Positions 8,501 through 19,504 of a stretch of 64,000 nucleotides of DNA are shown here, piece after piece (positions within the stretch are counted from its first letter, which is position 1; each line of letters opens with the position of its first letter). This stretch comes from Thermoanaerobaculia bacterium (GTDB lineage Bacteria; Acidobacteriota; Thermoanaerobaculia; Gp7-AA8). The notes under the pieces are model-generated. The model worked only from the letters and a program-made list of their open reading frames with translations. It did not search any database and was not told the DNA's origin. A program made the position numbers and the translations under genes. Location: assembly GCA_035996815.1 (NCBI GenBank), contig DASYJF010000040.1, positions 41,792 to 105,791 on the forward strand. Direction: 5' to 3'.

Positions 8501-10498
8501 GATTTCAGCGACGCGCAGACGATCCAGATCACCAGCCAGGTAGCCGGAGCCACCACGCGAACCTTCTCGCATACGGTGACCACCGATACGCGCTATTACT
8601 ACCGCGTTCACGCCGCGCCGGCGTGCGGCGGCAACTACGGAGCGTTCTCACTGGTCGCGAGCGTCCTGGTGACCGCGCCACAATCGTCGCGGCAGCCGAA
8701 TTTCAACTTTGCGCAGCTCCCCTGCCCGCCATCGCCCTGCACCATCACGCAGCAGATCTTCATCCCCGGCATCCCCACGAGCGGCAAGACGGCGCTCGCC
8801 ACGGGCGACACGTTCAGCGTCTCCTCGGACGAACCATTCATCACGATTTCGCCCTCCAGCGGATCGCTTCCAGCCGAAGGCGCCACCGTCACGGCGACGA
8901 TCGATCTCTCGCAGCTCGACGTCGGCTCGACGCAGGCCAGCCTCACGATCAACCGCGCGCAGGCTGCCGGCAAAATCGGCGCGCTTGGCGACCAGCCGCC
9001 AACCAACGTACCGGTATCGATCAGCGTCGTCGCGCCTGTCACGCCGACGCCGAAGGACCCGAACTCCGGATTCAACGCGCTGCTCATCCCGGCAATCGCG
9101 CACGCGGACGGCATCGGCTCGCGCTTCGTCAGCGACGTCCGCGTGACCAACACCGCCACGCAGTCGATCGACTACCAGCTCACCTACACGCCGAACGGCG
9201 CCGACGGCACCGTCACCGGTAAGCAGGTCACGCTCACCGTCAAGGCGGGCGAGACGAAGGCGCTCAACGACATCGTCAAAGACTGGTACGGCTCGGGCGT
9301 CCTCGGCGAAGCGCCGCAAGGCTCGCTCGAAATTCGTCCGCTCAACTTCGCGGGCAAGGACACCCCCAGCATCAGCCTGGCTACGGTCGCCGCCAGCCGC
9401 ACGTACAGCGTCGCGGCGACGGGCACCTTCGGGCAGTACATCCCCGCGCTGGCGTTGGTGAACTTCCTCTCGAAGGCGAGCGCGTCGAAGATTTCGCTAC
9501 AGCAGGTTTCGCAGAGCAGCGCCACGGGCGGCTTCCGCACGAACCTCGGCTTCATCGAAGGCTCCGGCCAGCCGGTCGATTTCGTGGCCACCCTGCTCGA
9601 TGACGCCGGCCACACGGTCGCCGAACGGGCCTATTCGTTAAAACCGTACGAATCGCAGCAGCAGCGGCTCGATCAGTTCTTCAGCGTCTCATCGATCACC
9701 GATGGGCGCGTGGAAGTGCGCGTGACCAGCGATACGGGCCACGTCAGTTCGTACGCCTCGGTCCTCGACAACACCACCACCGATCCGCTGCTGGTCTTCC
9801 CCGCCGATCCGGCCAAGATTTCCGCGAAGCGCTTCGTGGTGCCGGGCGTGGCGGAGTTCGACAATTCGTTCTCGAATTTCCACACCGACATGCGCATCTA
9901 CAATGGCGGAACGTCGCCCGTCGACGTGACGCTGGCCTTCACCGGCGCCAGCGTACCGAACAAAGTGAAGACGATCGGCGCGGGCGAAACGCTGGCGGTC
10001 GACAACGTCCTGCCGACGCTCTGGAACACCACCGGCGGCGGCTCAGTCGTGGCGACAACGGCGAATGAGTCGCAGCTCGTCGTCACCGCACGTACCTTCA
10101 GCCGTGACAAAACGAACGGTGGAACGTTCGGTCAGTTCATCCCCGGCGTTACCGCCGCGGAGGCAGTCGGCAACGGCGAGCGCGCGCTGCAGATCGTGCA
10201 GCTCGAGGAATCGCCCGCCTTCCGCACGAACCTCGGCCTCGTGGAAGTAACCGGCAGCCCCATCACCGTGGAGTTGCTCGCCTACACGCCCGACTCGAAA
10301 GTGGCCGCGCGCACGGTCGTGCCCCTCGGCGCAGGCGAGTACCTGCAGAAAGGCGGCATCTTCAAATCGCTCGGATTCAACAACGTCTACAACGGCCGCA
10401 TCACCGCCCGCGTCATCAGCGGCACCGGCCGCGTAGCCGCCTACGGCTCCGTCATCGACAACAGAACGACGGATCCGACGTACGTGCCGTCGCAGTAG
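5549..10498 (+). CDS. Giant secreted multidomain metzincin-type zinc protease (1649 aa) with Ig-like, DUF4214-like and Fn3-like modules and a duplicated C-terminal domain
   Basis: GTG start after AGAGAGG. Signal peptide. HELGHAIGFRH = HExxHxxGxxH (about 6521-6553). Repeated ..YQWY..TNxCG Ig-like modules. WINQLY/WINRVY..LGR repeats. Confidence 0.85.
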   Translation: MKHIRLIAIICLLASAASATVFQPLTDRQLVDRSDSVVIATVRDAASRVRTDGYVVTDYRFDVEQTLKGAAAGTITVSEIGGVSGSRFTFISDSASYTPGERVMVFLKKRGDGTYFTTSMAMGKFSFTRTARGESVVTRDVSELRGDPARLADGFAQFVKSGSRDTYQATLTPIASALHPIALTAPSAYCLRTSSGPGGFPVRWENGDTGRTVPVLTNSSMPYSTTSAIAAGAAAWTNDPGANITLTPSGTTTASSADGSNSIYIYLSTTQANPPGICDGSQACTLGYGSTFHTFAGEQFVGIVGADIFVQPTVPAAAFDALITHELGHAIGFRHANDGNSPSSSTALMSSPVNQALGSSLQSWDVEAVETVYGTGPVCQPPTSVSISGGGTYPSGQTATLTATVIGGNGTFTFAWFEGNLNDTSTPVGTNSNTFTTPPITSSKNYWVRVMNGCGTVTATTSVNLQPVGPGCTQVSIAVQPTASQPVSSGGSVTLTVTAGGTPPFTYQWYQATSTLDTSHPVGSNSPSFTTPALTQPTSYWVKVTNDCGVVNSNIAAITITGQCIPPSFSIQPASATIVAGSQTYLIAFASGATSYQWYRGNAGDTSTPVAGVGPSNDRWINQLYIDLLGRPADAAALSTLNALLAGGATRNSVALVVLTSAEYRQRLLTDFYSTFLHRPISAAEVGFWMPAFASGMTDEQIESQILASPEYFALGGSSNSSWINRVYNEVLGRSPSSAETSANLTLLGSNSRLSIALSILNSLEAASHRVQLGFPRFLHRSPTGSETSAFVAQLQGGVTDEQFLAQLLASDEYFNFGTILFTGPISATTRYWVRATNGNCAGDSSVATLTVPQCTLPVIVTQPSNVTLTAGETFSVAVIATGATSYQWFRASSGDPSNPVSGATGPVLTSTINNVGPTEFWVRITNECGSTNSNTVTVTTQCGTRVPAISGPPIAPSATSYPITWNGSSLRDASYELQEATKSDFSDAQTIQITSQVAGATTRTFSHTVTTDTRYYYRVHAAPACGGNYGAFSLVASVLVTAPQSSRQPNFNFAQLPCPPSPCTITQQIFIPGIPTSGKTALATGDTFSVSSDEPFITISPSSGSLPAEGATVTATIDLSQLDVGSTQASLTINRAQAAGKIGALGDQPPTNVPVSISVVAPVTPTPKDPNSGFNALLIPAIAHADGIGSRFVSDVRVTNTATQSIDYQLTYTPNGADGTVTGKQVTLTVKAGETKALNDIVKDWYGSGVLGEAPQGSLEIRPLNFAGKDTPSISLATVAASRTYSVAATGTFGQYIPALALVNFLSKASASKISLQQVSQSSATGGFRTNLGFIEGSGQPVDFVATLLDDAGHTVAERAYSLKPYESQQQRLDQFFSVSSITDGRVEVRVTSDTGHVSSYASVLDNTTTDPLLVFPADPAKISAKRFVVPGVAEFDNSFSNFHTDMRIYNGGTSPVDVTLAFTGASVPNKVKTIGAGETLAVDNVLPTLWNTTGGGSVVATTANESQLVVTARTFSRDKTNGGTFGQFIPGVTAAEAVGNGERALQIVQLEESPAFRTNLGLVEVTGSPITVELLAYTPDSKVAARTVVPLGAGEYLQKGGIFKSLGFNNVYNGRITARVISGTGRVAAYGSVIDNRTTDPTYVPSQ

Positions 10499-10511
10499 GT
10501 TGCGTCTAACA

Positions 10512-10547
10512 GACCAATCGCCGGCAAAGAATCACCGGCGATTGGTC
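10512..10547 (+). terminator. Stem-loop immediately after the giant protease gene
   Basis: Perfect 13-bp stem GACCAATCGCCGG / CCGGCGATTGGTC with a 10-nt loop. No clear U-tract. Confidence 0.5.
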
Positions 10548-10574
10548 ACAATCTTCCTCGAGGACACTTTCGCC

Positions 10575-10799
10575 ATGAATCCCGCCGGCTTCGCACTGTT
10601 TCTTTTCGTCGCCTCGATCAACACCTTTCCAGTGCAGCAGGCGGTGCTGACGCCTCCGCCGATCGTCTCGCCCGACCCCGCGCCGCCGCATCCGCTGAGG
10701 CCGCGCGATCCCGAAGCCAAGTTCAATACGCCGACGGTAGCTCTGGCGCGCGTGATCGGATCAATCGCGCAAGGCGTTCTGCGCGATCACGGTCACTGA
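10575..10799 (+). CDS. Small hypothetical exported protein (74 aa)
   Basis: The ATG at 10575 gives MNPAGFALFLFVASINTFPVQQ, a signal-like N-terminus. No recognisable domain. Weak call. Confidence 0.3.
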   Translation: MNPAGFALFLFVASINTFPVQQAVLTPPPIVSPDPAPPHPLRPRDPEAKFNTPTVALARVIGSIAQGVLRDHGH

Positions 10800-10844
10800 G
10801 GCGCGGTCTCCGGCTACACTCCGCGCGACTCAGCGGAGGAACGT

Positions 10845-11687
10845 ATGCCGTGTGATGCGGGGATGCTCGCGAAGAACGAGCTTTTTGAGCAGCTCACCGA
10901 GGAAGATCGGACCGAATTAGCGAAAGTCGTCGATCGTCGCGAACTGAAAGCGGGAACGACACTCTTTCAGGCTGGCGAGCCGGGCGAATCGCTGTTCGTC
11001 GTCAGCACCGGCGAGGTCGAGCTGTTCATCAAAGACACGGCGGGACAAAAGATCGTTCTCACGGTCGCACGCGACGGCGCGATTTTTGGCGAGCTGGCTC
11101 TCCTCGACCGCGGAGCGCGCACGGCCACGGCGATCGCGCTCGTCGACACCGAACTGCTGGAGCTCGACCGCGACGACCTGCTGCTCCTCTTCCAGAAGAC
11201 ACCCGAGGCCGCGGTGAGGTTGCTGGCGGCAGTCGGGCACATGACGCGAAAAGCGGACGAGCTCCTGCAGACGCGCGTCTCGCGCAACGTCAACATCGAG
11301 GTCGAGGAAAATCTCAGCACGCTGCAGAAAATCGCCGACTGGATCGCCTGGTTCAGCGGCAGCATGCCCTTCCTGCTCATCAACCTCATTTGGTTCGGCG
11401 CCTGGATCATCGTCAACGTCTTCCCCCTCGGCATCCCCGCGTTCGATCCGTATCCGTTCGGCCTGTTGACGATGATCGTCTCGCTCGAAGCGATCTTCCT
11501 CTCCTGCTTCGTCCTGATCAGCCAGAACCGCCAGGCCGAAAAGGATCACGTCCGCTCCGACGTCGAATACGAGATCAACATCAAAGCGGAGCTGGAAGTC
11601 GCCCACCTCCACGAAAAGACCGACCGCATCTACACCGAAATGCTGGAGCGGTTCGCCACGATGGAAGGGCTGCTCAGGAAGGGGTAG
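10845..11687 (+). CDS. Cyclic-nucleotide-binding domain protein fused to a DUF1003-type membrane domain
   Basis: GGAGG RBS. FGELALLDRGARTATAIA cNMP-binding signature. C-terminal DPYPFGLLTMIVSLEAIFLSCFVLISQNRQ is DUF1003-like. Confidence 0.8.
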   Translation: MPCDAGMLAKNELFEQLTEEDRTELAKVVDRRELKAGTTLFQAGEPGESLFVVSTGEVELFIKDTAGQKIVLTVARDGAIFGELALLDRGARTATAIALVDTELLELDRDDLLLLFQKTPEAAVRLLAAVGHMTRKADELLQTRVSRNVNIEVEENLSTLQKIADWIAWFSGSMPFLLINLIWFGAWIIVNVFPLGIPAFDPYPFGLLTMIVSLEAIFLSCFVLISQNRQAEKDHVRSDVEYEINIKAELEVAHLHEKTDRIYTEMLERFATMEGLLRKG

Positions 11688-11691
11688 CGGT

Positions 11692-11724
11692 TATACGCAG
11701 AGTTCATCAACTCTGCGTATATTT
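11692..11724 (+). terminator. Rho-independent terminator after the cNMP/DUF1003 gene
   Basis: 13-bp perfect stem TATACGCAGAGTT / AACTCTGCGTATA, 4-nt loop, followed by TTT. Confidence 0.65.
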
Positions 11725-11728
11725 GGCC

Positions 11729-12796
11729 GTGGCCTACGTTCGACTGCCGGAATCCGTTCAGACGCTCTACGCGGAACTGCTCGATCAGGTCCGCACCGCC
11801 GACGCGGCAGCGGTCCTCGGTGGTGTGCGCGGGTCGTTCGTGTCAAAGGAGATTCACGGCCGCGCGTATTGGTACTTGCAGAAAAACGGCGGCGCCACGA
11901 AACGCCAGATCTACCTCGGACGAGACACACCGGAACTTCGCGCGTGGATGGAGAGAGGTACGGAGCAACGCGCCGATACCAAGCCCGACGAGAACCACCG
12001 GCGCGATCTCGTCGCGATGCTCGCCGCGGGAGGCATGTTCCGCGATTCCGCGTCGAAGTCGACCGTGCTCCACATTCTTGCGGACGTGAGCGTTTTTCGC
12101 GCGGGCGGAGTACTGGTCGGAACGGAGGCCTTCAGTTGCCTTGCAAACATGCTCGGCGTCACGTTTGAGAAAGAGAGTGTGCGCACGGCCGATATCGACG
12201 TCGTGCATGACACGAACATCCCCATCGTTATCGACGAACGTCCGGATGAAAGTGATCGCCTCCTTCGCCTGCGCGCGGCAGACCCTGCATTCTTCGCGGT
12301 GCCTGGACTCGATCCGCGCGACGCGAGCACATCGTTCCGCGTGCGCGGTCGCGACCTCGGTGTCGACTTCCTCACTCCCGATCGCAGCCACGGCCGCAAC
12401 ACGAAACCAGTTCGGCTGATCCACCTCGGGATCGCCGCACAGCCGTTGTACGGACTCGACTACCTGATCGAAGACGCCGTGGACGCGGTCGTCGTCGGCG
12501 GAAGCGGCATCCGCGTCAACGTCCCCTCGCCTGCTCGGTTCGCATTTCACAAACTGTGGGTCTCGACCTCGCGAACGGTGTCCGAGGCCGCGAAGTCGCG
12601 AAAAGATGTCCGGCAGGCAACCCAGATTCTCGAAATCCTCGCCGACGATCGGCCGCGCGACATCACCATCGCCTACGCCGCGCTTCAGAAACGGACGCGG
12701 ATGACGCGCGCCGCGAACGAGAAACTCAAATCGTTCGATCCCGACTTGTTGAAGCGACTCCGCCCGCTCCTCAAGCCTTCTCCAGCAAGTCCTTGA
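11729..12796 (+). CDS. Nucleotidyltransferase-fold protein resembling the GSU2403 family (start uncertain: TTG 11723 or GTG 11729)
   Basis: The upstream part of the track ORF overlaps the previous gene in another frame. No ATG near the terminator. Family assignment is from memory of LPESVQxLYxELL... and the ...FHKLWVS... C-terminal region. Confidence 0.55.
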   Translation: MAYVRLPESVQTLYAELLDQVRTADAAAVLGGVRGSFVSKEIHGRAYWYLQKNGGATKRQIYLGRDTPELRAWMERGTEQRADTKPDENHRRDLVAMLAAGGMFRDSASKSTVLHILADVSVFRAGGVLVGTEAFSCLANMLGVTFEKESVRTADIDVVHDTNIPIVIDERPDESDRLLRLRAADPAFFAVPGLDPRDASTSFRVRGRDLGVDFLTPDRSHGRNTKPVRLIHLGIAAQPLYGLDYLIEDAVDAVVVGGSGIRVNVPSPARFAFHKLWVSTSRTVSEAAKSRKDVRQATQILEILADDRPRDITIAYAALQKRTRMTRAANEKLKSFDPDLLKRLRPLLKPSPASP

Positions 12797-13835
12797 ACTG
12801 CTCCTTGTCGATCGACTTGTCGTAGGCGGCGCGGGCCGTGACCAAGCCGGCTTCGTAGAGGCGGCGGATGGAGCCGTCCATGTCGATCATCCCTTCCTTT
12901 ACGCCGGTCTGGATCGCACTCGTGACCTGCGAGGTCTTGCCTTCGCGGATCATGTTGCCGATGGCTGGCGAGGCGAAGAGGATCTCCACCGCGGCGATGC
13001 GGCCGCCGCCGACTTTCGGCATGAGCTGTTGCGCGACGACGCCGCGAATCGTTTCGCCGAGGACGTTGCGGACGCCTTCCTGTTCCGAGGCGGGGAAGAC
13101 GCTGATGATGCGATCCATCGTCTTTGCGGCGTTGTTCGTGTGCAGCGTACCGAAGACGAGCGTGCCGCGCTCGGCGGCGGAGAGGGCCATGGCGATCGTC
13201 TCGAGGTCGCGCATCTCGCCGACCAGGATCACGTCGGGATCTTCGCGGCCGGCCGACTTCAGCGCCTCGGCGAACGACTTCGCGTGCGTGCCGATCTCGC
13301 GCTGGTGCACGAGGCATTTCTTGTTCGGATGAACGAACTCGATCGGATCTTCGATGGTGATGATGTGCAGTCCGCGCGTCTCGTTGATCAGATCGATGAT
13401 GGCCGCAAGCGTCGTCGATTTGCCGGAGCCAGTCGGACCGGTCACCAGCACCAGACCACTGCGGATCGAGGCAATGCGGCGCACCGGATCGGGAAGTCCG
13501 AGCTGTTCGAGCGTCATGATCTTCGTCGGGATGACGCGAAAAACCGCGCCGCCGCCGCGCTGCTGGCGGAAGAGATTGACGCGGTAGCGGGCCACGCCGG
13601 GGATCTCGTACGAGAAATCGACATCGCCGGTCTGCTGGTATTCGTCCCACAGTCTGGCCGGCGTGACCGGCTTGATCATCTCCGTGAAATCGCCCTCGGT
13701 CAGCGTGCGGTAGCGGATCGACTCCATCGTTCCCGACGCGCGCAGCATCGGCGGACGGCCGACGGTAAGATGAAAATCGGACGCGCCGCGATCATTCATC
13801 AGCTTGAGGAAGCGATCGATTTTCTGCATCGCCAT
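12771..13835 (-). CDS. pilT: Type IV pilus twitching-motility ATPase PilT
   Basis: GASDFHL, Walker A GPTGSGKST, REDPDVILVGEMRD, GTLHTN. Full-length 354 aa. Confidence 0.9.
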   Translation of the reverse strand: MAMQKIDRFLKLMNDRGASDFHLTVGRPPMLRASGTMESIRYRTLTEGDFTEMIKPVTPARLWDEYQQTGDVDFSYEIPGVARYRVNLFRQQRGGGAVFRVIPTKIMTLEQLGLPDPVRRIASIRSGLVLVTGPTGSGKSTTLAAIIDLINETRGLHIITIEDPIEFVHPNKKCLVHQREIGTHAKSFAEALKSAGREDPDVILVGEMRDLETIAMALSAAERGTLVFGTLHTNNAAKTMDRIISVFPASEQEGVRNVLGETIRGVVAQQLMPKVGGGRIAAVEILFASPAIGNMIREGKTSQVTSAIQTGVKEGMIDMDGSIRRLYEAGLVTARAAYDKSIDKEQFKDLLEKA

Positions 13836-16339
13836 TACGCTTTCCCTCGGGCGATGAACTCCGCGCTGACCATCGACTCGAAGTCTTCTTTCTTCAGGGC
13901 CGCCATGTACGCCGTCTCGGCGCTGATCTGTTCGCGGCGCAGGAGGTCTTTGAGCGCCTCATCGAACGTCTGCATCCCGAGCGAACGGCCGATCTGCATC
14001 GCCGAGTAGATCTGGTACGTCTTCTGGTCGCGGATCATCGTGCCGATGTTGCTGGTGCCCTTCAGCACTTCGAAGGCAGCGACCTGGCGGCGCCCTTCCC
14101 TCGCCGGCAGCAGACGCTGCGCGATGCAGTAGCGCAGCGACTCGGAGAGCGACGCCCGAATCTGCGGCTGTTCGTCGGCGGGAAAACTGGAGAGGATGCG
14201 GTCGATCGCTTTCGGCGCGCTGGTCGAGTTCAACGTGCCGAGGACGATGTGACCGGTCTCGGCGGCGGTGAGTGCGAGAGTGATCGATTCGTTGTCGCGC
14301 AGCTCGCCGATCACGATCACATCCGGATCTTCGCGGAGCGCCGCGCGCAACGCGCGCGCGAACGATCCCGTGTGCGAGCCAACCTCGCGCTGATTGATGA
14401 GGCAGTTCTTGAAGGGATGGACGAACTCGACCGGATCCTCCATCGTCAGGATGTGATCGTTGCGCGTCTCGTTGAACAGATTCACGAGCGCGGCTAGCGT
14501 CGTCGACTTGCCGGAGCCGGACGGGCCGCAGACGAGCACGAGTCCCTGGTGATAGTCGGCGATTTCAGAAAGATGCGCGGGTAGTCCCAGGTCGACGATC
14601 GTCGGCGGCTTTTCGGGGATGACGCGGAAGACGCCGTTGTAGCCGTGATGGTCGTAGAAAACGTTCGCGCGATAGCGGCCGCCTTGTGGCACGACGTAGC
14701 AGAAATCGATCTGCGTCTGCGTCTGCAGCGTCGTCCACTGCGCCTCGGTGAGCACTTCCTTCAGCATCGACTCCGTCTGCGCCGCGGTGAACGATTCGCC
14801 CTGCGCGCGCAGGAGATCGGCGGAGAGTCGAACGATCGGAGGCTGGCCGACGGAGAGGTGAAAATCCGATCCGCCCTGGTTGCGCGTGGCGATCAGCAGC
14901 GTGTTGAGACGCGGCTCGCCCTGCGCGCCAGCGACGGTCAGCGCCGCTTTGCGAATCGCGTCGATGCCTGATTGTGACTGGCGATCCGTCGCCGCGAGCT
15001 CGTCGAGAATTTCGATCGCGTGCGTGCGGACGCCGCGATCGGGATCGTTCTGCGCCACGCTCGTCAACGCATTGCGAACCTGCGGATGCTGAAAGTTCTT
15101 CAACGCCAGCATCACTTCGACGCGAACGTCGGGCAGTGGATCGGCGAGCATCTTTCCGAGCGCGGGCAATGCGCGCGGATCGCCGATTCGACCGAGCGCC
15201 TCGACTGCGGCCCACTTCATGTCGGGATCGGCGAGCGTCGCGACGAGCGGTTCGACGGCGCGCGGATCTTTCAGCCGGCCGAGCATGTCGGCGGCGGAGA
15301 TGCGAATCCACCAATCAGGATCGCGGAGCAGCTGGACCGTTGCAGGGACGATGCGGACATCTTCGAATCCGCCCGCGACGGCCATCGCGCCCGAGCGCGT
15401 GTCGGGATCGGGATCGTGCAGCAGTTCGATGACCGGCTCGATGAGCGCGGCGCCAAACTCGCGCAGCGAATCGAGCGCGCGGTCGCGGATGAAGCCGGCC
15501 AGCGTGCTGGAGAAACGGATGTAGCGCTTGATGACGCCGGCCGGATCGCCGATGCCGAGGAGGATTTTCAGGACGGCCGTGCGCGTGGCGGCGTCGCCGG
15601 AAGCAAGCGCAGGAAGGAGGCGATCGGCGAATGCAGCGCCTTGTCCGGCGGCAAGCTTCGTCATTGCCTCCACGATCGTTTGCTGCACCGCGTAGCCGGC
15701 GCGCGGCAGCGCTTCGATCAGCAGATCGAGCGAATGCTGTGGCGCTTTCGCGGCCAGGACTTCGATCGCTTTGTCGCGAATGGCCGGAGTGGGATCGGCA
15801 GCCAGACGGCGCCAGCGGCGCGCTGCGTTCTCATCGATCTCGAGCGACGCGAGCTTGTTGAGAAACGGAACGCGCTCCTCGGGATTGCCGGTCGACCCAA
15901 GCTGCCAGAGCACCGGTTCCAGTTGCCGCGACATCGGCGCCTCGGCGAGCAGACGCCGCACCGATTCCTGCAACTCGCGCGTCTCCTTCGTCTCCTTCGG
16001 CGGCGGCGCGAGAAGCTGAATGAGCCGCGCGTCGATGCCGGGCAGGCCGAGCGCAAAGAGAGCCGCGGCCGCGGCGCGCAGCGCCTGCTCCGGTTTCCCT
16101 TTCGATTCGGCGAGAAAGACATCGAGCGTTTCCGCATCGCCGATGCGCGGCAACACGCGCGCGGCACTCTCGCGGAGCGCGCGATCGGGGCGGAACAGCA
16201 TCCAGATGACGTCGCGCGCGCGCACGCCGTCCGCCGATTCGACGCGGCCGAGCAGCTCGTCGCGCTCTTCCTGCGTCGCGTACGACTTCGCCGCGAGACG
16301 CTTCACCGCATCGCTGACTTCGTTGGAGAAGAGCGCCAT
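13835..16339 (-). CDS. HEAT-repeat (~480 aa) N-terminal domain fused to a PilT/PilU-type ATPase
   Basis: Repeated DPDxxVRxxAxxALGxIGDPRA HEAT/PBS-lyase-like units, then GGSDFHLS, GPSGSGKST, REDPDVIVIGELRD. Its TAA overlaps the pilT ATG by 1 nt. Confidence 0.85.
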   Translation of the reverse strand: MALFSNEVSDAVKRLAAKSYATQEERDELLGRVESADGVRARDVIWMLFRPDRALRESAARVLPRIGDAETLDVFLAESKGKPEQALRAAAAALFALGLPGIDARLIQLLAPPPKETKETRELQESVRRLLAEAPMSRQLEPVLWQLGSTGNPEERVPFLNKLASLEIDENAARRWRRLAADPTPAIRDKAIEVLAAKAPQHSLDLLIEALPRAGYAVQQTIVEAMTKLAAGQGAAFADRLLPALASGDAATRTAVLKILLGIGDPAGVIKRYIRFSSTLAGFIRDRALDSLREFGAALIEPVIELLHDPDPDTRSGAMAVAGGFEDVRIVPATVQLLRDPDWWIRISAADMLGRLKDPRAVEPLVATLADPDMKWAAVEALGRIGDPRALPALGKMLADPLPDVRVEVMLALKNFQHPQVRNALTSVAQNDPDRGVRTHAIEILDELAATDRQSQSGIDAIRKAALTVAGAQGEPRLNTLLIATRNQGGSDFHLSVGQPPIVRLSADLLRAQGESFTAAQTESMLKEVLTEAQWTTLQTQTQIDFCYVVPQGGRYRANVFYDHHGYNGVFRVIPEKPPTIVDLGLPAHLSEIADYHQGLVLVCGPSGSGKSTTLAALVNLFNETRNDHILTMEDPVEFVHPFKNCLINQREVGSHTGSFARALRAALREDPDVIVIGELRDNESITLALTAAETGHIVLGTLNSTSAPKAIDRILSSFPADEQPQIRASLSESLRYCIAQRLLPAREGRRQVAAFEVLKGTSNIGTMIRDQKTYQIYSAMQIGRSLGMQTFDEALKDLLRREQISAETAYMAALKKEDFESMVSAEFIARGKA

Positions 16340-16360
16340 GAACCGCGAAAGTGTAACGGT

Positions 16361-16843
16361 TTACCGCAGCGAGGCGACGAATGTCGCGTCATACGAGAAC
16401 GACATCGTGTTCGTCTTGATGCGCAGCGACGAAACGGTGCCGCCGTACGTTCCCGATTCGCCCTTGCGCTGCCTGAACTCGTAGTCCGGCACGCCTTCGA
16501 AGTAACCGCCGTCGTACGTGCCTTTGGGATGCTGCACGGCGACGTGGCCGACGCGTCCGAGCTTGTCGATGCAGATGATGACGCCGTTCAGATCGCCGGG
16601 GAGGTTGTTGTCCATCTCCGTCAGCTTCGCGCCGTCGGGCAGCGGCTTTTCGGTGAGGATGATGCGCGTCATCTCGTTGCGGCCGGAAAGCTCGTTCTTC
16701 TGCTTCGCCACCGCATACGCGTAGTTGAGCGGGATCTTGTTCCCATCAATCGTCAAGCTCCCCTCGGCGCGCCCGAGGTCGACAGCGAAGAGAGGCAGCG
16801 CGACGAGAAAAACGACGAGCAACGCCCCGGCGACGTGACGCAT
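16361..16843 (-). CDS. Secreted hypothetical protein (160 aa), 21 nt upstream of the HEAT-PilT gene
   Basis: Signal peptide MRHVAGALLVVFLVALPLFA. Coding-like composition. Confidence 0.65.
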   Translation of the reverse strand: MRHVAGALLVVFLVALPLFAVDLGRAEGSLTIDGNKIPLNYAYAVAKQKNELSGRNEMTRIILTEKPLPDGAKLTEMDNNLPGDLNGVIICIDKLGRVGHVAVQHPKGTYDGGYFEGVPDYEFRQRKGESGTYGGTVSSLRIKTNTMSFSYDATFVASLR

Positions 16844-16907
16844 GCAAAGCCCCCTTTGTGATGAGGCGCTGAGTGTAGCATCCGCCGCCGGAGACGTCCG
16901 GAACGGG

Positions 16908-17348
16908 TTACGGCATGAAGGTTTCGGTGAATTGCTTGACGAACGACTTGTGTCCCGGTGAGTCGAGGTACGCGACGCCCCGAACCGTCACCGGCTCCTC
17001 GGAACGGAGAAAACCGCCGGCTGACTGGCCCCATGCGGAGAGGTCGATGGTGACCTTGCCATTCGGCGGAATCGTCCGCGTAATCGGAGTCGCGCCCGTG
17101 TGCAGCGAATACGCGCCCGATCCCATCGTGCTGAGATCGATTCGCCGCAGCGTAATCGGCTCGCTGGTCGGATTCGTGACCGCGAGCTGATACTGAAGAT
17201 TTACCGGACCCCGAAAGTAGAAAACGTCGCCCGGCATCGATGCCTGTCTGAGCTGGATATCCAGTTTCGGCGCTTCGGCACCGCTCGAGCTCGACGCAAA
17301 ACCGAGGAGCCCGACGAAGAGAACGGCCACTGCAGTCGTGATTCTCAT
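16908..17348 (-). CDS. Secreted hypothetical protein (146 aa)
   Basis: The internal ATG at 17348 is preceded by GGAGG. MRITTAVAVLFVGLLGFASSSSGA signal peptide. The longer track ORF has an implausible N-terminus. Confidence 0.65.
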   Translation of the reverse strand: MRITTAVAVLFVGLLGFASSSSGAEAPKLDIQLRQASMPGDVFYFRGPVNLQYQLAVTNPTSEPITLRRIDLSTMGSGAYSLHTGATPITRTIPPNGKVTIDLSAWGQSAGGFLRSEEPVTVRGVAYLDSPGHKSFVKQFTETFMP

Positions 17349-17472
17349 GGGATGACCTCCGCCTGAAATCAGTGCAAACGGGGTGCAGGAAACCGCTTGG
17401 CGAACTGAGCGCAAAAAGCAATCAGCCGACTCATCACTTCCTCCTTTTCGTTGTCTGTCGATAATACGCCGC

Positions 17473-19497
<2,025 letters not shown>

Positions 19498-19504
19498 ACC
19501 CCGG

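Noticed and set aside
6635-8611. 658-aa minus-strand ORF antisense to the giant protease gene
   Set aside because: Arg/Gly/Ala-rich composition typical of antisense frames in high-GC DNA. No RBS or domain. The sense frame has clear protease/Ig/DUF4214 motifs.
15020-16861. 613-aa + strand ORF antisense to the HEAT-PilT gene
   Set aside because: Same reasoning: an Arg/Asp-rich antisense frame overlapping two supported minus-strand genes.
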